From the NCBI GenBank assembly GCA_051313645.2, contig JBNRSN020000028.1, positions 15,066,001 through 15,130,000 on the forward strand: 64,000 nt of DNA, written 5' to 3'. Position numbers and translations under genes: made by a program. The notes beneath the pieces were generated by a model. That model made no database searches, was not told the DNA's origin, and worked only from the letters and a program-made list of their open reading frames with translations. This document shows, piece after piece, positions 23,852 through 35,200 of this stretch (within the stretch, counting starts at the first letter, position 1; every line of letters starts with the position of its first letter). This DNA comes from Centroscyllium fabricii (lineage: Eukaryota).

Positions 23852-24193
23852 GAATGAATGGCGAAGATTCAGTGCTCCAGGATCCGTCTGAATTAAAGGT
23901 TCAGGAAATGACAGACCATAATACTGAACTGCAGTCACTCGAGAGCTGCTTCAACTCTCTTGTGGTACATCCAGTATCCCGGTGAAGCTCCTAGATATTT
24001 ACTGAAGAGATATCGCTCAGAGGACGGAGACAAGTCTCCAAATTTACCAGATAGGTTCTCTGCTGATATGAACGAAATAAATTAAACAGTTCCTTTAGAT
24101 ATCGCCGGGGCACTTGTCTCCGACCCCGCGGTTTATTTCTGTGCCATGAGCCCCACTCTGCTGCAGCGATACAGCGGATGCCGGCCAAAAACC
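23852..24193 (+). pseudogene. TCR V pseudogene (family of the 62.8-kb V)
   Basis: Acceptor TTACAG; MNGEDSVLQDPSELKVQE / TIILNCSHSRAASTLLWYIQYPGEAPRYLLKRY...N*TVPLDIAGALVSDPAVYFCAMS; frameshift and stop; RSS CACTCTG-24-CCAAAAACC from 24154. Confidence 0.92.
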
Positions 24194-24351
24194 CACACTG
24201 AGAGTTCCAGCTAGTGCTCACCAGAGGGCGCTGTCACATCGATAACCAGAGCGAAAATTCAGCCTCCACAGTGAGGCAGAGGGAGATTCCTAAAAGGGCA
24301 ACAACAGAGAACACTCAACAAGAACATCTGAGGTCCACTTGCAGAATTATA

Positions 24352-24565
24352 TAGAAACATAGAAACATAGAAGATAGGAGCAGGAGTAGTCCATTCGGCC
24401 CTTCGAGCCTGCTCCGCCATTCAATGAGATCATGGCTGATCATCGAAACCCAGTACCCTGTCCCTGCTCTCTCCCCATATCCCTCGATCCCTATCGAGCC
24501 TGCACCGACACATATCCCACCCTATCCCCGTAACCCCACATATTCAATCCCCCGAACACAAAGGG
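24352..24565 (-). mobile_element. SINE/CR1-tail fragment, inverted copy of 23510-23766
   Basis: Reverse complement of the 23550-23766 sequence, including the (CATAGAAA)n tail. Confidence 0.8.
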
Positions 24566-24732
24566 TTTACGTTGTCTGCATGTGTGTATATATGTATTGA
24601 TGTGTGTGTGTATATATGTATTGATGTGTGTTGTGTGTGTCTCAGTGTGCAGGCGCGCGCATCAGGGCTGATATTGACGTGGGCGGTTTCCATTGAACTG
24701 GAGGCACCTTCTGCGGCAGTTTTATTTCGCCG

Positions 24733-25463
24733 AGATTGTTTACAGCAACAGATAAGTTTAAAACTCTGTGCTGCTCAGCGGGCAGAAATATACGGCGCTG
24801 TCCTGGATTTCCGCTCGAGTGATCGTTAAATGAAATGTAATTTCTGAACTAATTGGGCCGGCCTCGAATCTTCACTTGGCAAAAACAGTCTTATTTTTGC
24901 ACTCTTACCCCGCTCCGAAATAAAACGCAGGACCTAGTTCTTGTACAGCTGTTACCAGTACAGATCGGGGTTACTGAGCCTTGTTGTGCAGCTACCGTCT
25001 ATTTTCACGCCATCTCCTTCAGTGACATTTAGCGCGGTCTGAGGTTGTGACTCCGAATCTGCCCGAATCTCCCCCGAATAGAAGTTAACTGCGGGATGAA
25101 CACAAAACCGGTTCAAATCCGGCCTCGGGTACTATCTGTTTACACATTCTCCCCGTGTCTGCGTGGGTTTCCTCCGGGTGCTCCGGTTTCCTCCCACAGT
25201 CCAAAGATGTGCGGGTTAGGTTGATTGGCCAGGATAAATTGACCCTTAGTATTAGGGGGATTGAATATGTGGGGTCACGGGGATAGGGTGGGATATGTGT
25301 CGGTGCAGGCTCGATGGGCCGAAATGGCCTCTATCTGCACTGTAGGGATTCTATGAAAACTGCGATAGAAAGTCTGTTAACATCACATTCGTGCAAACAT
25401 AAACAAGACATTGCCGCACCTACCGAGCACCAGCCACAATATAATGAGGAGAATGTATGACAT
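24733..25463 (-). pseudogene. TCR V pseudogene (family of the 37.8-kb V; leader 25463-25424, V exon ~25073-24771)
   Basis: Leader MSYILLIILWLVL + GTAGG; acceptor mutated; exon EIRADSESQPQTALNVTEGDGVKIDGSCTTRLSNPDLYW*QLYKN*...AEIQDSAVYFCPLS; heptamer CACAGAG at 24770-24764, nonamer decayed; SINE inserted in the intron. Confidence 0.9.
25105..25352 (+). mobile_element. HE1/V-SINE-like element in V intron
   Basis: GGTTCAAATCC B-box then CCCCGTGTCTGCGTGGGTTTCCTCCGGGTGCTCCGGTTTCCTCCCACAGTCCAAAGATGTGC, the V-SINE central domain. Confidence 0.85.
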
Positions 25464-27162
25464 ACCGCATCTTCACCAACAACCCCTGAGAGCAGCAATT
25501 CAATTCCCTTTTGCAAGGTGTTATACTGAGAAAAGTAAGAAACTGTTGAAAGCAAGGTAGAACAGAAGGCGAGAAAGTAACTCGTGCAATTCTATTCATG
25601 GTAAAAGGGAGACTGTATTAACTGGGTAACATAATTTTAACTCCGCCCGTTCGCCCATGACCCCTATGCTTTCTGACCCCCGTTGGCCTCCGGTACACCA
25701 ATGCATTGCTTTTAGAAGTCGCATCCTTGTCTAGAAATCCCACCATGGTCTTGTCCCTCCCCCTGTTGCTGTAACCTCCCCCAGCCCTACAACCCTCCGA
25801 GATCTCTGCACTCCTCCAATTCAGCTTTAGGAAATGAAAGAAAAGATGAAATATGTTTGCTCCACAATCACCGTTCATAAATGCTCCCCAAATTAACCAG
25901 ATGCTGAGTAGCCGCATTGTCGCTGTCCGCTCTGTAAAAGGATGGGTTAATATTTGAAGACACCCGTTCTAATCCCCGCCCTCAATAATCTGCTGTCATG
26001 TCTCAGGATTCTCTCACCTCACTTCATTGGGACACCAGTGGTGCTGACAGACCGGTAGGCGGTGGGCTGGCGGCCAGTGAATGGAAACACCTCGAGCTGG
26101 GGTACAGTCAGTGTCCTTATAGGAGCATTGGTCCCGTTTGTAGGGACCGGTGGTGGGAATGAAACTCATGTCTCGTTATTGGAACCGGGAAACTCGGGAT
26201 TGTTAATGGTGACAGAAAACCATTAAAGAGACATTTCTGAAGGGCAACGGAGATCTCTGTGCTCGGGGCTTGTTTCAAAGAGTACAGACACTACCTTGTG
26301 AAATCTGAAAATTGTGTATAAACTGTCTCTGACCCAGCAACATGCTCTGACCAAATAAATCCTGTGTACAGGCCGCGATCAAAGGGTTCAAGGAACTGAC
26401 AGGGGAGATGTGGGAAGGGCTGCACCATATTGCAAGCAGGCACAGGAAGGGCATCAAAGGACAAAAGGGCCTCGTGTTCAGTGAAATCAGCTCAAAGAAG
26501 ATACTTTGAACACGGACACCAGGTGGCGCTGACAGAGCGCGGATTCCCACCGCCGGTCACTTTATATCAACAAATACTGACCAATACTTCCCCAGTATAA
26601 AGTAAGGTGAAATTCCACTCTATCTCATATTTCTGCTTATTAATGTTATGTAGTTGAATAATTTCACACCTTATTAAAGTGTTAATGAGCTGTGCTCCTC
26701 CAGAGCCTTGGGATCGGTAGCAGTTTTGTTCCATTTGCCACCGCTAGTTTCAGGCCCTGCTTTTGACCCAATTCACTGATGAAGATTTTGATAACTATTC
26801 AAATATAATAATCTGCAATTCTTGCTGCGAGCCTGCTTTTCCCGAATTTGTAACGAATGTGAAAGTAACGCAGCCCTGATAGAGAGGCAGAGATTTATAG
26901 ATTCCGATGGGGATACTATTATTGAGTTCAGTTCCTCACAGGTGGATCCTGTTTTTGACAACACCGCCCGCGGCAGCCCCGCCCACAGCTTCCGGTTGCT
27001 GCTCTGGCTCTGAGCCGCCTTGCCCGCCCTGTTATTGGAGAGATCGCTGCCGCCGTTCCCTGATTGGCATTGGTTTGATCAGCGGTGCAGTGGGGCGGGG
27101 ATCAGTATTCCTGCTCCGACAGAGGATTTCCCGGACTGCAGAGTTACAGACTCAGGGAGGAT

Positions 27163-27405
27163 CATGTGGAACCGTCTCGAACCGCTCCTCGTCATTACAT
27201 CACTTCTCAGTCAGAATTTCCTCCCCAGTGAAAACTCATTCTCGCCCCGAGTGCTGTAACCCAGATGTTATTATTAGTTTAATGATGATGATGAAGATGT
27301 TGATGTGTATGATAATGTTATGATAGAAAAAAGCCACCAAGACACAGTGGAACCGCCGGTTCCTGAAATGACGGTTGAAGAGAAAAGTTATGTCGCATTA
27401 AACAT
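27163..27405 (+). pseudogene. V fragment (leader, intron, start of FR1)
   Basis: Leader MWNRLEPLLVITSLL; exon start KSHQDTVEPPVPEMTVEEKSYVALN, then homology stops; paralog of 19919/21684. Confidence 0.65.
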
Positions 27406-27887
27406 CCCAGCATTAAGGAGAGATTATGAAGGACAATGATCATTGGGGGGACTCTGTGCTTGGGGCCTGTTTCAAAGAGCACAATCACTACCTTGTGAAA
27501 GCTGTTCCTTGTGAATAAACTGTCTCTGACCCGGCAACATACTCTGATCAAAGAAACCCAAGTGTACAGGCAGCGATCAAAGAGTCGGGGTCACTGACAG
27601 GGGGGATGTGTGATTGGCTGCACAGGATCGCAGGGAGGCACGGGAAGGGCGTCAAAGGTCAAAAGACGAGTTCAGGTGCCACAACTCTATTTATGATGTT
27701 CATTGTTATTGTAAGTCGCGTTGCAATCACCAACTAATATAATTCCCGAAGTAGACCTCACCTGCTCTTGATGGGTGTAGTTTTTGATTGATAAGGTCCC
27801 CATCACTCTCACCGTGGAGGCTGAATCATTGCTTGTAGTTATCGGTGTGATTATGGAAGACCGGAAAATATTGGCAGCATTTTGGAG

Positions 27888-28317
27888 ATGGCGCGGGTTG
27901 AGCTGCTCCTGATGTCCATTGTAATAGGTAGATGGTGATATGTGTTCCCTCTGCTGGAGTGAATATTGCTAATTAACAGAGGCATTAACCGATAATTTTA
28001 TTCATTGTTACAGGTAAAATCCAGGGGAGTTCGGTAACGCAGCCTCCAGATGAGGTGAAGGTTTACGAAGGGGAAAATCCTCAGTTGAGCTGCAATTACA
28101 AGACTAGTTCGGCTGATCCGGATCGTTACTGGTACCGGTTGTACCTGAACCAGGCACCACAGTTTATCTTGTACCGTGATAACACCAGGGGAAGGGATGC
28201 CGAGTTTGCGAAAGGAAAATTCGACGCTCGCCATTTCCGTCAATATCAAGTTTTTCCTTTATCAATTTCTGCGGCAGAGACTGAAGACAGCGCCGTCTAT
28301 TTCTGCGGACTGGGGAT
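27888..28317 (+). CDS. Apparently functional TCR alpha/delta V segment (leader 27888-27927, V exon 28014-28317)
   Basis: Leader MARVELLLMSIVI, GT..AG phase-1 intron, open exon GKIQGSSVTQPPDEVKVYEGENPQLSCNYKTSSADPDRYWYR...EDSAVYFCGLG with Cys, Trp, Cys. Confidence 0.93.
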
Positions 28318-28356
28318 CACGGTGCTTCAAAACTGCTCGACTTCCGTACAAAAACC
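28318..28356 (+). other. 23-RSS
   Basis: CACGGTG - 23 nt - ACAAAAACC. Confidence 0.95.
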
Positions 28357-28469
28357 TCACCAAACCACAGACCAACCCAAGAGCTAAGCAAAGACATCTG
28401 CCATCGAGCGACTCACGAAACAAACATCTGTCAATGAGAGAATGATGAGAAAAACATCTTTCCTGTTTT

Positions 28470-28935
28470 ACCAGAATGGTGCCAGTGATGAGATCCTTCC
28501 GCTATGTGGAGAGACGAGAGAACCGGAGATTTTCCACTTAGAGCAGAGAAGGATAAGGGGAGTTTGAATAAAGATGTTTAAAATTATGAATGGTTTTGGT
28601 AAATTAGATGGGGAGCAACTGTATTCATGTCAGTTGGATCGATAGCCAGAGGACACTGATTTAATATAATTGTCAAATAAAGTTCAGGGGGAAATTAGGA
28701 GAATATTTCTATGCAGCTAATTGTTACAATCTAGAATGCACTGCCTGACAGGGTAGTAGAAGTGGTTTCCGTAATAACTTTAAAAGAGGAATTGGATACA
28801 TACTTGGAAAAGGAAAATTTACGGAGTTCTGGGGAAAGATCAGGAGAGTGGGGCTCATTGATCGCTCATTCAAAGTGCGAGCACCGACAAGATTGGCCGA
28901 AAGGCCTCCTTCTGTGCAAATCCTTCTATCATTGT
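28470..28935 (+). mobile_element. Old degenerate CR1 3' fragment
   Basis: Decayed match to the CR1 C-terminal region (TTTACCAGAATG...CCAGAGGACAC...AATGCACTGCCTGA) and 3' UTR. Confidence 0.75.
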
Positions 28936-29269
28936 AAAGTCCATTGCCCTCTCTAATTTGACACAACTCGTTGTTCCTTTATTGTCTCTGGGTCAGGATC
29001 CTGGAGCCCACCCCTAACAGCACCGTAGGAGCACATTCACCGCATGGACTGCAGTGCCTCAAGGAGACGGCTCAGCAACAATAAGGGCAGCTGGAGATGG
29101 GCAATAAATGCCGGCCTTGTCATCGACGCCCATGTCTCGAGAATGGGCACAACAAACTAAGAGAAACAGCAGGTACAGTGTGACAATCACCCCCTGAAAT
29201 CTTTCTTGATTTCGGTCACTCGTTCGTCCTGATTGTTCTACTCTGTCCCTGCCCACTACTCCTGGGATC

Positions 29270-32200
29270 CTCAATCAGCGGAAACAGTTTCGCTCTACCT
29301 ACCCTATCAGTTCCCCTTAAAATCTTGAAAGCTTCGAACATATCCCCCATAACCCTATACATTCCGTAACAAACAACCTAGTTTGTGTCATCTCTCCTCG
29401 TAAGTTAACCCTTGAAGTCCAGTAAATCTACTGTGCACTCCCTCCAAGGCCAATACATCCTTCCTAGGATGTGGTGCCTCGAGCTGCTCACAGTACTCCA
29501 GGTCTGGTCTAACCAGGGTTTGTATAGCGGTACCATAACTACAACCCCCTTGTACTCTAGTCCTCTGGATATAAAGGCCAACATTCCATTAGCCTTTCTG
29601 ATTATTTTCTGTACCGGTCCATGACATTTTAATGATCCATGTACCTGGACCCCAAGTCTCTTTGAACCGCCACTGTTTCTAGTTTTTCACCATTTAGAAA
29701 GTGCTCTGTTCTATAATTTTTAGTTTCAAAGTGGATAACCTCACACTTGCCTACATTGAATTTCATTTGTCGCTGTTTTGCCCATTCAGTTAATCTATTA
29801 ATATCTCCTTGTAATTGTATTCCTCCATCTACACTGCTTCCAATAGCGCCAATCTTTGTGTTGCCGGCAAAGTTGGATATGTGACTTTCTATCCCACCAT
29901 CTACACCTTTAATAAATACAATGAATATATGAGACCCCAACACAGATCCTTGCGAGATATCAATTGGCGTATCTGTCCTGTCAATTAGAGAACATGCCCA
30001 TTACCACTACTCTCAGTATCCTGCCACTCAGCCCATTAGAGAACCTGCCCATTACCCCTACTCTCTGTCGCCTGCCCCTCAGCCCATTAGAGAACCTGCC
30101 CATTACCCCAACTCACTGTCTCCTGCCCCTCAGCCCATTAGAGAACCTGCCCATTACCACTAATCTCTCACTCATGCCCCTCCGCCCATTAGAGAACCTG
30201 CCCATTACCCCTACTCTCTCTCTCCTACCACTCAGCCCATTAGAGAACCTGCTCATTACCCCTACTCCCTGTCTCCTGCCCCTCAGCCCATTAGCGAACC
30301 TGCCCATTACCCCTACTCTCTGTCTCCTGCCCCTCAGCCCATTAGAGAACCTGCCCATTACCCCTACTCTCTGTCTCCTGCCCCTCAGCCCGTTAGAGAA
30401 CCTGCCCATTACCCCTACTCTCGGTCTCCTGCCCATCAGCCCATTAGAGAACCTGCCCATTACCCCTACTCTCACTCTCCTGCCCCTCAACCCATTAGAG
30501 AACCTGCCCATTACCCCTACTCCCTGTCTCCTGTCCCTGAGCATATTAGAGAACCTGCCCATTACCACTACTCCCTGTCTCCTGCCCCTCAGCCCATTAG
30601 AGAACCTGCCCATTACCCCCACTCTCTGTCTCCTGCCCCTCAGCCCATTAGAGAACCTGCCCATTACCCCTACTCTCTGTCTCCTGCCCCTCAGCCCATT
30701 AAAGAACCTGCCCATTACCCCTACTCCCTGTCTCCTGCCCCTCAGCCCATTAGAGAACCTGCCCATTACCCCTACTCTCTCTCTCCTGCCCCTCAGCCCA
30801 TTAGAGAACCTGCCCATTACCCCTACTCTCTCTCTCCTGTCCTTCAGCCCATTAGAGAACCTGCTCATTACCCCAACCACTGTCTCCTGCCGCTCAGCCC
30901 ATTAGAGAACCTTCCCATTACCCCTACTCTCAGTCTCCTGCCCCTCAGCCCATTAGAGAGCCTGCCCATTACCCCTATTCTCTGTCACCTGTCCCTGAGC
31001 CCATTAGAGAACCTGCCCATTGCCCCTGTCTCAGTCTCCTGTCGCTCAGCCCATTAGAGAACCTGCCCATTACCCTTACTCTCTGTATCCTGCCCCACAG
31101 CCCATTAGAGAACCTGCCCATTACCCCTACTCACGCTCTCCTGCCCCTCAGCCCATTAGAGAACCTGCCCATTACCCCTACTCCCGGTCTCCTGCCCCTG
31201 AGCCCATTAGAGAACCTGCCCATTACCCCTACTCTCAGTCTCCTGCCCCTCAGCCCATTGCAGAACCTGCCCATTACCCCTACTCTCTGTCACCTGCCGC
31301 TCAGCACAGTAGAGAACCTGCCCATTATACCGACACCCTCTCTCCTGCTCCTCAGCCCATTTGAGAACCTGTCCATTACCCCTACTTACTGTCTCCTGCC
31401 CCTCAGCCCATTAGAGAACCTGCTCATTACCCCTACTCTATGTCTCCGGCCCCTCAGTCCATTAGAGAACCTGCCCATTACCCCTACTCCCTGTCTCCTG
31501 TCCCTCAGCCCATTAGAGAACCTGCCCATTAACCCTACTCACTGTCTCCTGCCCCTCAGCCCATTAGAGAACCTGCCCATTAACCCTAATCCATGTCTAC
31601 TGCCCCCAGCCCATTAGAGAACCTGCCCATTACCCCTACTCTCTCTCTCTCCTGTCCCACAGCCAATTAGAGAACCTGCCCATTAACCCTACTCGCTGTC
31701 TCCTGCCCCACAGCCCGTTAGAGAACCTGCCCATTACCCCTACTCCCTGTCTACTGCCCCCAGCCCATTAGAGAACCTGCCCATTACCCCTACTCTCTCT
31801 CGCTCCTGTCCCACAGCCCATTAGAGAACCTGCCCATTATCCCTACTCTCTGTCTCCTGCCCCTCAGCCCGTTAGAGAACCTGCCCATTACCCCTACTCT
31901 CTGTCTCCTGTCCCTGAGCCCATTAGAGAACCTGCCCATTACCCCTACTCTCTGTCTCCTGCCCCTCAGCCCATTAAGGAACATGCCCATTACCCCTACT
32001 CCCTGTCTCCTGCCCCTCAGCCCATTAGAGAACCTGCCCATTACCCCTACTCTCTCTCTCCTGCCCCTCAGCCCATTAGAGAACCTGCCCATTACCCCTA
32101 CTCTCTCTCTCCTGTCCTTCAGCCCATTTAAGAACCTGCTCATTACCCCAACCACTGTCTCCTGCCACTCAGCCCATTAGAGAACCTTCCCATTACCCCT

Positions 32201-35200
32201 ACTCTCAGTCTCCTGCCCCTCAGCCCATTAGAGAGCCTGCCCATTACCCCTATTCTCAGTCTCCTGTCCCTGAGCCCATTAGAGAACCTGCCGATTGCCC
32301 CTGTCTCAGTCTCCTGTCGCTCAGCCCATTAGAGAACCTGCCCATTACCCCTACTCTCTGTATCCTGCCCCACAGCCCATTAGAGAACCTGCCCATTACA
32401 CCTACTCACTCTGTCCTGCCCCTCAGCCCATTAGAGAACCTGCCCATTACCCCTACTCCCTGTCTCCTGCCCCTGGGCCCATTAGAGAACCTGCCCATTA
32501 CCACTACTCTCAGTCTCCTGCCCCTCAGCCCATTGGAGAACCTGCCCATTACCCCTACTCTCTGTCACCTGCCGCTCAGCCCATTAGAGAACCTGCCCAT
32601 TACCCCTACTCTCTGTCACCTGCCGCCCAGCACAGTAGAGAACCTGCCCATTACACCGACACCCTCTCTCCTGCTCCTCAGCCCATTTGAGAACCTGTCC
32701 ATTACCCCTACTTACTGTCTCCTGCCCCTCAGCCCATTAGAGACCCTGCTCATTACCCCTACTCTATGTCTCCGGCCCCTCAGTCCATTAGAGAACCTGC
32801 CCATTACCTGTACTCCCTGTCTCCTGCCCCTCAGCCCATTAGAGAACCTGCCCATTACCCCTACTCACTGTCTCCTGCCCCTCAGCCCATTAGAGAACCT
32901 GCCTATTACCCCTACACCCTGTCTCCTGCCCCCAGCCCATTATAGAACCTGCCCATTACCCCTACTCTCTCTCTCTCCTGTCCCACAGCCCATTAGAGAA
33001 CATGCCCGTTACCCCTAATCTCTGTCTCCTGCCCCTCAGCCCATTAGAGAACCTGCCCATTACCCCTACTCGCTGTCTCCTGCCCCACAGCCCATTAGAG
33101 AACCTGCCCATTATCCCTACTCTCTGTCTCCTGCCCCTCATCCCGTTAGAGAACCTGCCCATTACCCCTACTCTCTGTCTCCTGTTGCTCAGCCCATTAG
33201 AGAACCTGCCCATTACCCCTACTCTCTCTCTCCTGCCCCTCAACCCATTAGAGAACCTGCCCATTACCCCTACATCTGACTCCTGTCCCTGAGCCCATTA
33301 GAGAACCTGCCCATTACCCCTACTCCCTGTCTCCTGCCCCTCAGCCCATTAGAGAACATGCACATTACCCCCACTCTCTGTCTCCTGCCCCTCAGCCCAT
33401 TAGAGAACCTGCCCAGTACCCCTACTCTCTGTCTCATGCCCCTCAGCCCATTAAAGAACCTGCCCATTACCCCTACTCCATGTCTCCTGCCCCTCAGCCC
33501 ATTAGAGAACCTGCCCATTACCCCTACTCTCTCTCTCCTGCCCCTCAGCCCATTAGAGAACCTGCCCATTACCCCTACTCTCTCTCTCCTGTCCTTCAGC
33601 CCATTAGAGAACCTGCTCATTACCCCAACAACTGTCTCCTGCCACTCAGCCCATTAGAGAACCTTCCCATTACCCCTACTCTCAGTCTCCTGACCCTCAG
33701 CCCATTAGAGAGCCTGCCCATTACCACTATTCTCAGTCTCCTGTCCCTGAGCACTTTAGAGAACCTGCCCATTGCCCCTGTCTCAGTCTCCTGTCGCTCA
33801 GCCCATTAGAGAACCTGCCCATTACCCCTACTCTCTGTATCCTGCCCCACAGCCCATTAGAGAACCTGCCCATTACCCCTACTCACACTCTCCTGCCCCT
33901 CAGCCCATTAGAGAACCTGCCCATTACCCCTACTCCCTGTCTCCTGCCCCTGAGCCCATTAGAGAACCTGCCCATTACGCCTACTCTCAGTCTCCTGCCC
34001 CTCAGCCCATTGGAGAACCTGCCCATTACCCCTTCTCTCTGTCACCTGCCGCTCAGCCCATTAGAGAACATGCCCATTACACCTACTCTCTGTCACCTGC
34101 CGCTCTGCACAGTAGAGAACCTGCCCATTACACCGACACCCTCTCTCCTGCTCCTCAGTCCATTTGAGAACATGTCCATTACCCCTACTTACTGTCTCCT
34201 GCCCCTCAGCCCATTAGAGAACCTGCTCATTACCCCTACTCTATGTCTCCGGCCCCTCAGTCCATTAGAGAACCTGCCCATTACCCCTACTCCCTGTCTC
34301 CTGCCCCTCAGCCCATTAGAGAACCTGCCCATTACCCCTACTCACTGTCTCCTGCCCCTCAGCCCATTAGAGAACCTGCCCATTACCCCTACTCCCTGTC
34401 TCCTGCCCCACAGCCCATTAGAGAACCTGCCCATTACCCCTGCTCTCTCTCTCTCCTGTCCCACAGCCCATTAGAGAACCTGCCTGTTACCCCTACTTTC
34501 TGTCTCCTGCCCCTCAGCCCATTAGAGAACCTGCCCATTACCCCTACTCGCTGTCTCCTGCCCCACAGCCCATTAGAGAAACTGCCCATTATCCCAACTC
34601 TATGTCTCCTGCCCCTCAGCCCATTATAGAACCTGCCCATTACCCCTACTCTCTCTCTCCTGCCCCTCAGCCCATTAGAGAACCTGCCGTTTACCCCTAC
34701 TCCCTGTCTACTGCCCCTCAGCCCATTAGAGAACCTGCTCATTACCCCTACTCTCTGTCACCTGCCGCTCAGCCCGTTAGAGAACCTGCCCATTACCCCT
34801 ACTCACTGTCTACTGCCCCTCAGCCCATTAGAGAACCTGCCCATTACCGCTACTCTCTGTCTCCTGCCCCTCAGCCCATTAGAGAATCTGCTCATTACCC
34901 CTACTCTCTCTCTCCTGCCCCTCAGCCCATTAGAGAACCTGCTCATTACCCCAACTCTTTCTCTCCTGTCCCTCAGCCCATTAGAGAACCTGCCCATTAC
35001 CCCTACTCTCAGTCTCCTGCCCCTCAGCCCATTAGAGAACCTGCCCATTACCCCTACTCTCTCTCTCCTGTCCCTCAGCCCATTATAGAACCTGCCCATT
35101 ACCACTACTCTCTCGCTCCTGCCACTCAGCCCATTAGTGAACCTGCCCATTACCCCTACTCACTGTCTCCTGCCCCTCAGCCCATTAGAGAACCTGCCCA

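Noticed and set aside
26600-26960. Possible highly degenerate V exon on the minus strand (GSTCEELNSIIVSPSESINLC)
   Set aside because: No convincing WYRQ, YYC or RSS.
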